From the human T2T-CHM13v2.0 reference genome, Homo sapiens: a stretch of DNA of 64,000 nt. A model generated the notes under the pieces. The model had not been told where the DNA came from. It saw only the letters and a program-made list of their open reading frames with translations, and made no database searches. Within the stretch, counting starts at the first letter, position 1. Each line of letters begins with the position of its first letter. Position numbers and translations under genes: made by a program. The stretch lies in assembly GCF_009914755.1 (NCBI RefSeq), contig NC_060926.1. One strand, written 5' to 3'. Of the stretch, positions 12,854 to 31,113 are shown in pieces.

Positions 12854-14647
12854 ATAGCATACTGTGTCTGCAGGGTGTTGGATTTACTGAGGACCCATCA
12901 AGAAGGGGATCACTCCCATCATCACAGGTCTCAAGGGTCATACACCAGCCTATCCATGCTTGTTTTCAGAGACTGATAGTCATAGAAAATCCATTTCCAT
13001 ACCTGAAAGCTTCAGATACACTTATATATTAGTGTTTTCTCATTACTAATAGAGTATAAGAAAAGAATGGTGAACGTTAAGAAAACAAACAAAAAAGCAA
13101 TGTGAACCTCTTACCTTGTGCCCTGAATGCTCCTTGACTGCTGCTTTCTCCCTGTCCAGCTGCTGTTGCACCCTGGCCCTGCTTGTTTTTCTCCCGCTAG
13201 GCTCTTACAGCAATAGAACAGAATGCCATTTTACAAAAAACATAGAAACCAAGAGCTTTCCTCCCCCACTTAACTCTTTCTGTGCCAGCCATACTCAGAG
13301 CAATAGAGCAGAACACTGATTCATGTGAAACACACAAAAAATGAGAGCTTTCCTAAAGACTGGTAATAACTACTTATCATTTTATAATGGATACGAAGAT
13401 TTCATTTATCATCTCAATAGAAACTATTACCATATGTAGGAGTAAAATTAATCCTGAAAAATATGCGAGATCTATATGAAGGATAAACAAGAAATTTTGG
13501 TGAAAGTCTTAAACAGCCGGGATATGAGAATAGATATTCATGGAACATGGGGAGCTTTTGATTTATCTTTATTATAAGTTAATGCCTCATCTCGCTATGT
13601 GGCTAGATACAAACTTAAGCTGGCAAAGACTGTCAAAAACTCACCATTGGTGCTCCTATTCACTAACACCCCTCCTCCTAATTTCTTCATATTAATGATC
13701 CCAACATTCCCCATACCATTAAATCTTAACCTCATCTTTAATGCCCCCTTCTTCATACAACTAATCTGTTTCCATGTCTTACTGAACCCATACACTATAC
13801 CAGGAGCTGCTTGATAAAAACTTACAAAGCTGACATTTCCTAACACTGAGATACTCTTCCCTAGTATATCACAATATACTCCTAAGTCTCCCTGCTTCCC
13901 CTCCCTGTGGTCACTAACCTGGTCCAGGTGGAACAATGGCAATCCTCTTCTCGCTGGTCTTGTTATACACCCTCGGTATTCATCCTTATCTTATACAGTC
14001 ATTGCAGTCATCTCCCAATGCAGCTCTGAACTTGTTACTTCCTCGATTACAAAGTCTCAATTGCTTTCCATTTTATACCCTCAAAAGTCCCAAATTTAGA
14101 ATTGTCATGAAAGCCCTCCACAATGAACGTACTTCTTACAGTCTTAGGGCCTTCTCTTGATTATTTCGAATTTTAATTTTATTGTGAAATATGTACAACC
14201 TTCAAAAAGTATAAGAGTCTCATGCACTGCTAAGCCTAAACAAAATTAAACAATACAATTGTTAAAAGGAATAGTTCTTCCCTATATCTTTTATTTCTTT
14301 TCATGCAAGGGGCACCCAGTTGGCATAACGCACTAATGTATCTTGAGAGGTGGAGTAATTAGCAGATTGGAAAACCTTGGAATGTGGAGCTCAGTTTCTC
14401 CTGCCTTTCTCTGGGGAATGAATCTGACTGCAGAAAGCTCAAGTTTGTATCTGCAACTTCTTGCTGGGATTACCTGTGGCAAGGTGGTTGAATTTGCCTA
14501 AACCTAAAATCCATTTAGCAGATCTGAGCTACATTTTTGAGTTTTGTCTTTTTTGTTAACAAACAGGTATTTTGCTGTATAAATGGAGTCATGACTAGAT
14601 AACATTTGAGGATGGCTTTTTTTCATTCAGCCTAATTGCTTTGATCT

Positions 14648-15398
<751 letters not shown>

Positions 15399-16189
15399 AA
15401 ATCAATCTATTCTGTGCACGTGTCCCTAGTTTTTCTATTTTGATTGCTGAGTAGTATTCCATGGTGTGGAGGTACCACAGAGTTTAATTATTCTTCTGTT
15501 GAAGGATATTTGGGTCATTTCTAGTTTTGGGCTGTTACAAATAAACCCACTACGTACATTTTCCTTCAGGTTTTTGAATGAACATATATTTTCACTTCCC
15601 TGGCATTAGTGCTGTAGAGTATAATGGCTAAGTCATATGGTAAACACATGTTCAAATTTGTAAGGGACTGCCATATTTTCCCCCTGCTATTTTTTTGAGA
15701 TAACTAAATTGAAAGATATTGCAAGACTGGCATAAAAAATATCTCTGACCATTTGAGCTCTAATACAATTCTTGAGTCCCCAAAGTTATATAAGCAGGAA
15801 GCAAGATCCAGTTTCTATATAGCCCCCAAGGATTATACACTTCCTAACCCATTTCAGACATTTTAGAAAGAATGATGGGCAAAAGGAATCTCTAGGGGTG
15901 CTGAGGACAAGATAATTCCTCCCAAAGAGCAGAATTGAGATATAACCAAAAAATGATTCCAATGTCAGGCAGAGGGAACTCAAAATACCCACCCAACAGA
16001 ATTAGATGGCTTTCTTCCTGGTATGTGCTCCCATTGTCACTTTTGTGAATGGATATGTTTTTTGGAGTTATACTATCCATGATGATAGTGGAGGTGGGGA
16101 CGGGAGGGAGTATATGATTTTCCTTTTGATTCATAAATCACTGGATGACAAAAAGCCCCATTCAGACCTAATGCAGAGGAATGCATGTC

Positions 16190-16500
16190 ACCTGGAACGC
16201 TGACTTTGAACTGAATTTCCCACAAGATAGGACTTTGGATGTTTCTCTGAGCAAGAGTGGATATGCTTTATGCATGATGTTTTAATGAACAATTTAATTT
16301 AAGAGTTTAATTTAATTTAATATGTTTTAATGAAATAGGTATTTGGTAACTACAAAATAAAGACTCAATCAGTAACTGCTAGGTGAATAGCCAACTCATT
16401 TTCTCTTCTTTCTGGTCCAAATTTCAGTCTACATTTTCAAATAGTCTAAATTTCTCAACCTCTTTTAGTTAGGCGTGGCAGTGTTACCTGTTGACCAGAA
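16190..16500 (+). mobile_element. Possible old MLT1 internal 3' end plus LTR fragment
   Basis: gactttgaactg...gactttgg...; ctacatttt...agttaggcgtggc resemble MLT1H/J-type sequence; highly diverged. Confidence 0.35.
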
Positions 16501-17579
16501 ACAACTTTGCTGGTTGCATTAAAATTCTGATAATGTGAGATTTATCTGCTAACAGCAAGCATTGCCCCTAGCTAATACACTGTCTTATTCCATAAATAAT
16601 TCTATTATTTTACAAAAAGTATGTTTTCTAAAGTTTGTATAGCTATTGTTCTTTAGGTTAAAGAAGTTTCTTTCTGTTCCTGATTTTCTAAGAATTCTTA
16701 ATATAAATGCATGTTGAACTTTTCCAAAAGGTTTTTCTTTCTGTAGCAGCTAATGTAATTGCATATACAGATTTTCCATGGTTAAACTACCCCAATATTT
16801 CTCAAATAAACCCTATTTGTTTTACCTATAATGCTGAATTTGGTTTTTATTTGTGATTTTTGTATCTATATTCATAATTAATACTGTCCTATACTATAAT
16901 TTTACTTTCTTTTACTATTCCTCTCTGATGTTTGTGTAAATGCCATATTATAAAATGAGTTATCTTTCAATGGAGTTAGTCTGCCAAATATATCAAGTCA
17001 CATGTAGATTTAGAGAGAAACTCATCCATAAGATTTGCATTCTGAATAGATGCCATTTCTGAGTTCCTTGCTCCCTTTTTCTCGGGCTGCCCCATGGACC
17101 CTTCTTAAGGAGTCCAAATAGATCTCTTAAAAGAGTGGCATACAAGGCTTGCTTATTTCTTGGATAAGAGAGATAGAAGGCGATCTATTTGGACTCTTTC
17201 TCTGACTTACTGAGCTTACTTTGCTAAATTTTAGGCTCAGCTTTATGTGTTTATCTCTTTTTTGGCTTCAAACAAGAGATCGTCCTACATCTAGCCTCAG
17301 CACCACAAAAGTGACAACCTTGGAGCAAATGAGAGGGACTAATGTTGCAATCAAACAAGATTATTTGATGTTTGCCTAATCCCTGGCAAATCGTCACCTC
17401 TGTAGCTTTGCACACATTGTTCCATCTACCTGGAATGGGCTTCTTTCTCATCCCTGCATTTCTAAATCCTGTTATTTTTCAAGGCTTCACTCAAATGCTA
17501 TGTCTTCCATGAAACCTTTCCTCATAACCCCTATATCACTTTGGATTTTTCTTAGTGCATTTTTTTCTTTACTATTTAA

Positions 17580-18070
17580 TTAATTATTGCTGCAAAACAT
17601 TACTCCAAACCTTACTAGTTTAAATGACAAAAACATTTATCATCTCACAGTTTCTATCAGTCAGGAACTCAGGAGTGGTTTTGTCCTTCTGTTTCAGGGT
17701 CTCTCCTGGAGTTTCAGTCAAGAAGTCAGCTTGACTGGCTCTGGAATATTGGCTTCCACACTGGCTCCTTGCATGGCTGGCAGGCTGATGCTGGCTACTG
17801 ATGGCAGGCCTCAGTTTCTCTCTACACAACCCATGGCTGCTTGGATGTCTTCCCATGCAACTGGCTTCCTCCAGAGCAGGTGATTCAAGAAAGAGCAAGG
17901 CAGAACCTAGAATATTTTTTATGACTAAATCTCAGAAGTCACTCCCTGTCATTTTGTTGGTATTTTATTGGTAACACAGGCAGCCACAATTCAGCACAGG
18001 AGGGGACTACACAAAGGGGTAAAAACCAGGGGGCAATCGTTGAGGGTCATCTTGAAAGCTGAGTACTGCA
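17580..18070 (-). mobile_element. MLT1F/G-like MaLR LTR inside an L2 remnant
   Basis: CATTTATCATCTCACAGTTTCT..GTCAGGAA; GGCTTCCTCCAGAGCAGGTGATTCAAG; GGGGACTACACAAAGG; flanks 17380-17560 and 18070-18220 are L2-like. Confidence 0.75.
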
Positions 18071-18994
18071 CTTACTCTTTTGCATTGTGATTAGTTTTGT
18101 TTAATGTCATACCATCCTGAGAGGGAAAATTCATTCTGGGGTTCTCTTTTTCATCTTTTTATCTTCTACATAATCAGCATGTGGTAAATATATGATGCAT
18201 GTTTCATGAGAGAACAAATAAACAACGATAAGAAATTCAGGTGGCATCATAGAGACTATTAGTCCTTTCATTTAATGATACCATCCAGACAGACAAATGT
18301 TAGTCATAGTTTTTGGAACAGGAACAGAAGTGGCTGTCTGGAAACTACTGTAACTGCAAAAAAAAAAAAAAAAAAAAAAGTGACCTATGTTTGCCATTTG
18401 CTTTTGCCTTAATATATTTTATATACATCATTCAAAAATATGTGTATTTAGGAGAAGGGGCTCAGTCTTTAATATACGGCACACTTAGAAATGTTTCAAT
18501 CATATGGTGGTATCTGCCATCACAGAACAAAATACTTTATGGAAAAGATTGATGTTACTTTAGTTTAAGGTGTCACACTTTTATTGTGCACTCATTTTAG
18601 GCCATTTTATGTTTGGTAAAAAATGGGACAAAACAAAAAAACAAAACTAACTCTAAAACATTAAGTCATTCTTCTTGCTGTAAAGAAATTCACAATACAT
18701 GCCAGCACTTATAAAATGAAAATGATGCAGAATTTATAGAGTTAAGTTACAGAAGGAAGGCACTGAGATTTTCATACATTCAATTATCTAGAAAAGCAAA
18801 TCAATTTTGTTTTTGTTAATAGCAATGAAATATGCATGCCACTCTTTTAATTAAAGCCGTTGAGAACACATGTGTTCATTTTATGCCTATAGATTTCCTC
18901 TGGGAACAAGTCAAGCTCTATGATAAAGCATAGTGAAAATAATTTATATGTAAAACAATAAACTCAATTCACTAACCTAGAATGTTTCAAATGA

Positions 18995-19170
18995 GGTGTT
19001 TTCAGATCACCCATCTCAGGATCTCTCTGGGAAAGGGTGGTATTAGCTAAATTGTTGATGACTAGGATTCACCTGAAATCTACAAATAAATTGCCCTAGG
19101 GGGAGGCCAGGAAATGTTTAATAAATGACTCAGGTAATTTGTGTACACACTAATTTTGGAAACCAGTTAT
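18995..19170. mobile_element. MER5-like DNA transposon fragment
   Basis: ggccaggaaatgtttaataaa..ctcaggtaattt..cactaattttggaaacca. Confidence 0.5.
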
Positions 19171-19482
19171 CTAACAGCAAAAGTCAGTGTACAATAAATG
19201 GTAAAGGACAAACTTCAGAAATGCAATCCTGAACCCAAAAGAAAGAAAAAAGGCAGCTCTCTGCACCTCTCTCTGTGACCTGCCAAGTGTCTGGAGATTG
19301 TGAACAACTTCCAATACACTTTCTGTTAGACAATGATATCACAATTCATATCAGAATTCTTTCTAAGTCTAGCAGTCCTGACCTGAGACGAGAATAATAA
19401 TGCATATAACCACAAAATGAGTCAGTACATTTCTGCTTAGCCTGGGACAAAAAAAAAGAAAAAAGAAGAGGAGTTTTCCTGA

Positions 19483-19785
<303 letters not shown>

Positions 19786-20043
19786 TAACTGCTGCAACAA
19801 GTGTGAATTTGGAGCTGGGGCCAATAGTTTCATCTATTGAGGAAATATCTCTCATTCTCATTTTCTTCAAACACCTAGAGGGGAGGAGGTAGAAAAAATA
19901 TTAAAAGCCAAAAAAATGAAAGGAAGCAAAAGACACAGAGACTAGTGCCATGAAGCAATTTGTACATACTCCCTATACAAACAATGGTGAAGCCGACCAA
20001 ATTCATCCAGGTCTCTTTTCCATACCTCACATGTTTTATTCTA

Positions 20044-20123
20044 TTAGGTTTGTGCAAAACTAATTGTGGTTTTTGCCATTGAAAGTAATTGCAAAAACCT
20101 CAATTGCTTTTGTACCAACCTAG
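20044..20123. mobile_element. MADE1 (Hsmar1-derived 80-bp MITE)
   Basis: Two 37-bp inverted repeats (TTAGGTTTGTGCAAAACTAATTG...) around a GAAAGT spacer, preceded by TA. Confidence 0.92.
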
Positions 20124-20449
20124 CATTCTGAGACGTGGTAGAGGAGAACTAAAGGGACCGTGGTCATCCACTCTCCTACCCATAAGATATTCCTCATAAG
20201 AAGAGGTGCACAATCAGAAAAGAATACTGAGCATGTTTTCCCCTGAAAATGGAAACAATGCTTCTGGTTGGTCAAAGTACCATCTTGTTTAATTTCACTG
20301 AACAATTAATATATGTTCATACAGGTTATAAAGGCATTAGAAGCAACATTGAGGGAAAACAAACTTTACATGTTTTTTGCTTAATTAATGTTAACATTTC
20401 CACCATCTTCCTCTTAATTTCACTTCAGTAACTACTGAAGAGTTCTACT

Positions 20450-20791
20450 TTAAATCAGGATAAATAAAGGCTAACCCATGAAACACATTCACCCCCCAAT
20501 CTTGGTGACTTAAGAACGGTTTGATTTTCTCATATCAGGGTCCATACAGGGATACGGGTGTGTAGCATGTCTCTATTTCCAGGTTTCCATGATTTTCGAA
20601 GGAGTACAAAGGAAACATGAGGAAACATACACTGCCTCATCAAGTGTCCACCCAAAAATGAAATGTATTTTGTAGGCCAAAGTAAGTCATATGGCCGCAT
20701 CTAGCTGCAAGAAGTGGGAAGCACAAGCCAGCTATATTCCAAAAGGAAGAAAGTGAGAAATATTTGGCAACCAACACTAACAACTACCACA
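20450..20791 (-). mobile_element. Old MLT1 (K/L-like) LTR
   Basis: GGCCAAAGTAAGTCATATGGCC ... GAAATATTTGGCAACCAACACTAACAACTACCACA. Confidence 0.6.
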
Positions 20792-21051
20792 AGTCTCAAT
20801 CAAACCTAACGTCCACATTTACCAAGAAAGTGTAGTCCCAACTTGAAACATTTTTAATTGAACTTTTTTCCTACTTTTAATTTTCCTTAGATGGTAAATA
20901 GCATCTACTCAAATTCACTTAATATATATTCAGACATCCTATAGTTCTTATCCTATTTGGTTCACCTTATTTAAGGTGATGTGTGTCAATACCTCCTCCT
21001 ACTACTATTGTGATTTTGCTACATTTTTTGCTTTCATTTTTCTCTTGATAA

Positions 21052-21054
<3 letters not shown>

Positions 21055-21089
<35 letters not shown>
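21055..21089. repeat. (TG)n microsatellite
   Basis: Direct observation. Confidence 0.95.
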
Positions 21090-21092
<3 letters not shown>

Positions 21093-22614
21093 GGTAAATT
21101 AAAATACTGAATTGTTTGTCCTGTAATGGTTCATAGTTATTACAGCTTTGTTTATGAATTGTGCCCTCATTATAGGGCAGGAGTTAGTCATGTGAAGAAA
21201 TGTGTATAGAGTAATAACATTCCAGCACCTATGAAGGGGTACAGATAGAGTATAGAATAAAGAGGTACCTTCTAGATAGTAGAAAACCTGCATTCAAGCA
21301 CGTTAAGAGAACAGGGAGCTTGCACTAAGAATTACAAGAAGTAGTTGCTTCCTTTTGGAGCAACAGTATCAGGCAAGGAATTGTGAGAAACGGGAACTGG
21401 AGAGTTAGACAGGGTCTGGGTGATATATCATTTTTATCTTTCTTATTCCTGGGATGATTATGCTGAAGCAAAATTAAGTACAATAACTCTCAACAAAAAT
21501 GTTTGAGAATGATGTGATCATTAAAGTCATCTCATACTTAAACAAACATGTTCAATCAAAATGACTTGAATCTCAGTTATAGAGTCACTGAAATTGCGGA
21601 AATTAGTTTTGGCATGGAGTTATGTTACCACAGAAACACCATGATCTGATGGAAAAAATTCTCAATGGGGCACATGAAGATTCATGCCCTATTCCTGTTT
21701 TTTGTGGTTAAGCAGTTTTACGACTTTAGATAACTTAGGTAACCTTTGTGTCTCAACTTCTTCATAAGTAAGATTGATGTTTTTACAGTTTTTGTATTTA
21801 AAGCATAAGGTTATAGCATAATGGGTGTGTAAAGGTCTCTTGAAAAATAAAATTAAAATTATCATAAATAATCGAGATATTCTTGATCCCCATGATAAAC
21901 AATTCATAGGACATGCCATCAATATTCAAAGTAATAAAAATCTGACATTTAGTCTAGGCCTTCAGTGCTGATGAAATATTCTATTAGATTTTATTTGCAA
22001 TAAATCCCATCAAGACTAGAAGTACTTCCTAAATAAAAATGTAATATTTGAAGATCAAGCCTCTCAAAAAATTAGACTGATGTAAACTAGACCAAATTTT
22101 AAACATCTCTTTTAAACATACATATGTATGACTTATAATAAGGGCCTCGTCATGACTGGCTGCTTGGGCATTCATTTAAGAACTCATCACAATAATTAGG
22201 ATGATCACTTTTAATTCTGGACAGTGTCATTTTGTAAACCATTGTAATTTTCCATTAATTATAAATGTTGACCTCTTGACCAATCAGAACATTTTCAATC
22301 AGTTTAATTATTCCTCAAGAATCCCAATTACTTTGTCAATAATCAAAATAAATGCCATTAGTCATAAACTTTTTACGTGCCATTTAGTGAAATCTACATT
22401 CATTTGAAAGTTAAACCGCCTTTCCCATGTTTCCTTTAAATTTGATTCTCATGATGCTCAATGGCATGACAAGAGCTAAGAGGACGTTGGGGACCCAAAG
22501 TACCAGGAAGCAGGAAGTCATCTAAACAGACTCTAAAAAGGTTTCCACATCATCAGATTTCTCAGCAGAATCCAGTGCACTGATAAGAATTAGGCCTTGC
22601 CTTCCTATTTTAAC

Positions 22615-22735
22615 AAAACACTTTATTCAATATGTATTTAATGAGTATTTAATATGTACCAAGCACTGTAGTCATCTTTGAAATTTCAGAGAAAAGATAA
22701 GGTAGACAATATCTCTGACTACAAAGAAACCATAG
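22615..22735 (-). mobile_element. L2 3' end fragment
   Basis: tttattcaatatgtatttaatgagtatttaatatgtaccaagcactg. Confidence 0.55.
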
Positions 22736-22854
22736 CTTTTTGTTTTTGTTTTCAATTAAGGCAAAATATACATAGTACAATGCTCAGAAATTAAATGGAC
22801 AATTGCATGAATATTGACAAGTGTATTCACATGTGTCACAAGTGTATTCACATG

Positions 22855-24015
<1,161 letters not shown>

Positions 24016-24019
24016 AGGA

Positions 24020-25730
24020 ACCAGCAACCCATTTAAGATGCAGCTTCTATCCATTGCCTAAGTTTCCCCATGCTCCTTTCAGTGGATTTCCAACCCTCAT
24101 GGGCAAACTCTGCCCTGATTTCTATCAACACAGATTCTTTTGGCCTGTCTTAGAAATTCATGAAGGGGGATTCCTACAATTCATATTCTTTTGTGTCTAG
24201 CATCTTTTGCTTTCATCTAATGTAACATTCTCAAGATTCATTTTTTCCTTCTCATGTTCATTTTTTTTTTATTACTTGGGTGGTATTCCATTGTATAAAT
24301 ATGTCACTATAGTATTTGTTTTTGAAAATTTGTGTTATTTCCTGTTTTGGCTATAATTTATAAAGCTGCTACAAATATTCAATAATGGACTTTTTATGAA
24401 TATGTTTTTATTTCCCTTGGGTATATACCTAGAAGGGAATAGTTGAATTGTATGGTAAGAGCATGTTTAACTTTAAAGGAAATTGCCAGTTTTCCAACAT
24501 AATTGTAACATTTTACACTTTAACCAGAAATGTATTTTTCGTTTGTTTGGTTTGAGACAGGGTCTCACTATGTCACCCAGGCTGGAGTACAGTGGTGTGA
24601 TCTCAGCTCACCACAGCCTCAACCTTCCTGGCTGAAGCAGTCCTCCCACCTCAGCCTCCTGAGTAGCTGAGACTACAGGCATGCACCACCACGCCCAGCT
24701 GATTTTTGTATTTTTTGTAGAGACAGTGTCTTGCCATGTTGTCCAGGCTGGTCTCGAACTTTTGGGCTCAAGCGGTCTGCTCACCTAGACCTCCCAAAAT
24801 GCTGGGATTACAGATGTAACCAGAAATGTTTGATCCTTCCAATTGTTCCATGTCATCATCAACGTTTGCTGTGGTCAGTGAAGTTTCCCTTTTCATGTGC
24901 TTGTTAGACATTTCTTCTTTTGTAAAGCTTCTGTTCAAGTCGTACAATTTTTAAACTTGAGTCGTGTTATCACTAAGTTTTAAGAGTTTCTAAAAATACA
25001 TTCTGAATATAAATAATCTGTTAGGTATATGTATTTCAAATATTTCTCTCAGTTTGGGGCTTGTCTTTTATATTTTCTTAATACTATGTTTTTGATGAGG
25101 AAAGTCATTTAAATTTGGTGAAGTCACTTTATAACTTCTATTTTTTATAGTTAGGGATTTTTGTATTTTCCAATAAATTTGTTTCTTACTATAAGATAAT
25201 AAATACATTTTCAAAAAGCTTTATAATATTAGCTTTTATATGTAGGTCTATGATACACTTCAAATACATTTTGTGTGATGTGAGGTAGGGATCAATGTAC
25301 ATACTTTTCCAGTCATTTATCTAGTTGATGCAGTGCCATTTGTAGGTGAAAAAAAAAAAAAAACAACTTTCTCCATTAAATTGCCTTGAATCTTTACTTA
25401 AAATCAATTGACTTGATATTTGAGAATTTATTTCTGGATTCTATTTTCTTTCATTGATCTATTTGTCCATCCATGTGCCAATACCACTGTTGCAACTTAA
25501 GGTAAGCTGTGAAATCAAGTGTATACAGCCTCCATTTCTCCCCTTATTTTTCAAGACTGTTTCGGCTTTTTATAGGTCTTTTTTATTTCCATATTAAGTT
25601 TTAAAATTGATTCGCCCATTTTGGTAAAAACAGTTGCTTTGGTTGCAACTAGGATTTCATTAAATCTGTACATCAATTTGGTGAGAATTGTTATCTTAAC
25701 TGTTAATAACATTGAGTCTTCCAATCCACG
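24020..25730 (-). mobile_element. Old L1M (ME/MD-like) 3' region, continuing a piece at ~22740-22855
   Basis: gtattccattgtat, ttgggtatatacctag, ggtctatgat, gatgtgaggtaggg, ttcattgatcta; minus-strand ORF 25551-25760 has the ORF2-like remnant KLMYRFNEI. Confidence 0.8.
24534..24816 (-). mobile_element. AluJ, slightly 5'-truncated
   Basis: GGGTCTCACTATGTC, CCTCCCACCTCAGCC, GGGCTCAAGCG J diagnostics; 13-bp TSD TAACCAGAAATGT. Confidence 0.93.
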
Positions 25731-26326
25731 AACACACTGGTTGGACCAGACCTCCATCATCTTCCAGTTCTATGCAAAAATCATCTACCACTGTGAAGCT
25801 CTCAGTCCTGTAGCAGGTGCTGCCACCTTCTCCTTGGCTTTGTGAGTTCTCTCCCTATGAAGGCACAGCTCAACCTTCAGTCCAGAACCTACTGGAAACT
25901 CTTATGCAGACTTTTCCTGAGCTCCTTTCTCCTTGGCTCTACTATTTCCATCCCTTCCAGCAACACCATATTTAAATCTCAGCCTTCTTGGCTCAGCAAG
26001 ACCACCTCACTCTGCCTGAGATCTACTTCTGTGCGCACTGGTTTAGAATGTATTCCCAGGAAGAAAGCCAGAGTAAGCAAACATGACGCTAAACTCATGT
26101 TTATTCCCTTTTCTCAAAGATCACAATCTTACGTAGACTTTTTTTTTTAATGTACGGAAATAGTTGCCTCATAATTTCTCAAATTTTATGTTCTTTTTTT
26201 AATGGGAGAGGGTAGTCTTGATCAGTTACATCATCATGGCAAGCAGCAGAATTATTGCAATTTATGGCTTTAAAGAGTTGGACAAACATTTAACATGTGA
26301 TTTCGAAATTTCAAAATAAATACTGT

Positions 26327-26333
<7 letters not shown>

Positions 26334-26361
<28 letters not shown>
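26334..26361. repeat. (TG)n microsatellite
   Basis: Direct observation. Confidence 0.95.
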
Positions 26362-26369
<8 letters not shown>

Positions 26370-27829
26370 AGCTGCCATAGTTTAGAGGTTCAAAAAAGGC
26401 CTCTTGGAGCAATTGATGTTAAGTATACACCTGAAAGTTTAAGTAGAATCAGGCAGATGGAGAGAGAGGGAGAGAGTTAAAGTGCTCTGTTTTTAAATTA
26501 TGAAGCATGAAGACTATGATCAGATGCTATTGCAAGGAATCAGTGGCTAAGTCTCAAGCATGTGTGAAAACATCATTATATTCTTCAAATGTCCTTCTCT
26601 CTAGGGCCTGTCATATTTCCACTTGCTTCCAGAGGAAGGGCATGCCTCACACTGCTAGGACTCCCAGTAACTGAAGTTTAAATAGCATTTCTATGATGGG
26701 TACTTTCTGTCTCCAAAAGATTACATGCCAAATTATCTAGATAACTCAGAATTCCTTTGTATAATATCATTTTTCTAGATAAAGGAATATAAAACAATTT
26801 TAGACTAGGATTAGCAAAATGGTCTTTTATGTTCAAATTTTATCATGAAAATTTCCACATTAAATTTGTTTGAGGAACACAGGAATCTCACCTCTACTAA
26901 AAAAGAGAAAACCTTGAAATATATCCATAAATTAAACTGCACTAATTACCTACTTCAAAAAAAATACAATACTCTGTTATCTAAATGACAAATGAACTGA
27001 CTTACGATCTCTGTCTTGGACTGTCCCCTGGAACCTGCTCCAAAAGGAGCCAAGGAAAAGCCCTTCTCCGCCATCTTGGTTTTGATTTTGGTATTGTTGT
27101 AACTCTCTAGGGATACAAAAGACTTGTATATAATATAACTGGGGTTTACCTTTTTCTTATTTTAGCAACATTAAAGATTAGTAAAATTTTCCTGATACAC
27201 TCATTTGTGTATTGAGAATTTAAATTACATTAGGAATTCCCATTTTCAATTAAATTTTATTCCCTATGTCTTTCAAATATCAGGAGGGAAAGTATCAGGC
27301 AAAAGGAAAATTATTAGCCAAGGATGTAATCTCAACGTGTCTCGTTATCCCACAGTTTTTAGTGTCTTTCTCTTCTTCTGTACCTTGGAGACTGTAGTCA
27401 AGCTACATTCACATTTGCAATCTTATGGTCTATTTTAGATTTTTAGCTAGACCAGCTTTCAAAAAAATTCTGTTCACTCTGCAGTCGTATATATTTATAG
27501 TCCTCTGGAGGATAACTCCTCTTCAAGGCATTAAACTTACAGACTCAGGTCATATTCCAGCCCATGTTGTCTGAGGTTCAGAAAGTACAATAACATTTGG
27601 CCATTTTGGTTTGTTTTTGAACATCCGTTCTTCTGTTGAAATGTCAGAAAACCCATTCTCAAGTCAAAAGATAAAAAATGGGATTGATTCTTTCTTTATG
27701 TGTACCCAGCTAGGCATTCATGCAAAATACTAATGAAACTCCCAGTAGGGGTGAGGGAGGTAAGATTTGACAAGAAGCAAGTTGAATTATTTAGACAATG
27801 TTAACGTTATTTTACAACTAAATAAGGAC

Positions 27830-29040
<1,211 letters not shown>

Positions 29041-29843
29041 TTGTTGTTTATCATCTTTTTGTTGAAATGCAATAAAGAAAAAATACAGTAGGACAAAATT
29101 TATAATGCATATATATGTTGGTAAAATACACAAATGGGTAAAATTTGTTGTTTGGAGCTGGAAATTTCATCATGGACCCAACACTAGGTTGTCCCTGCAA
29201 TTGTTCCAACAGCACCAAAAATGTATATGAAATTTCTAGAAAATGCAGGTTTTTTAAAAATTGGTTTTGATTTTAATTTTGTTGCAAAATGCTTAAAACA
29301 ATAGAGTAAAATCACAATTTATTGCCTAGGTTAGAGAAGTAAATGAAATGTACTTCCTTTATTTATTTTTTTTCTTTTGGAAGCAATACCACTAATGCCA
29401 GTGCTCGAGCCTTTGAGTTGCTTTTATCTCTTGCTTTTGTCATCCTTCGTGATTCCTTTCAGTTTTTTTTTCCCCCTCTTAATCTTGTTTCAAGTACCGC
29501 CTTCTTCTCCCTGATCCCCTTCCTCATCTGTCCCTCCAGGCAAGTCTCTGCTACTTGCTTATCCTCAGACAACAATTTCCTGATACAAACTAGACCTTGT
29601 ATAAGATCCTCTTCCTCCTGGGCTTGAATTATTTCATTTGAAAATATAATGTTTGGACTAGATGATGTCCCAAATATCATGTATATCTAAAATTTCATGA
29701 TTCTGGCAACCTATGGTTTTGCCAATTATTAAGAGATTATGCCACAGAATCCCCTGCAAAGCTGCAAATTGCGAAAACAAGTTGCACACAGAGTAAGTGA
29801 CAGAGCCAGGAATAGCTCCAAGTCTCTGACCATCAAGAATCAC

Positions 29844-29960
29844 CTGAGGCAGGAGAATGGCGTGAACCAGGGAGGCGGAGCTTGCAGTGAGCCGGGGATC
29901 TCGCCACTGCACTCCCGCCTGGGTGACAGAGCGAGACTCCGTCTCAAGAAGAAAAAAAAA
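29844..29960 (+). mobile_element. AluY right-arm fragment (5'-truncated insertion)
   Basis: GAGAATGGCGTGAACC..GGCGGAGCTTGCAGTGAG; A tail; TSD AAGAATCACCT. Confidence 0.93.
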
Positions 29961-29971
29961 GAATCACCTCG

Positions 29972-31113
<1,142 letters not shown>

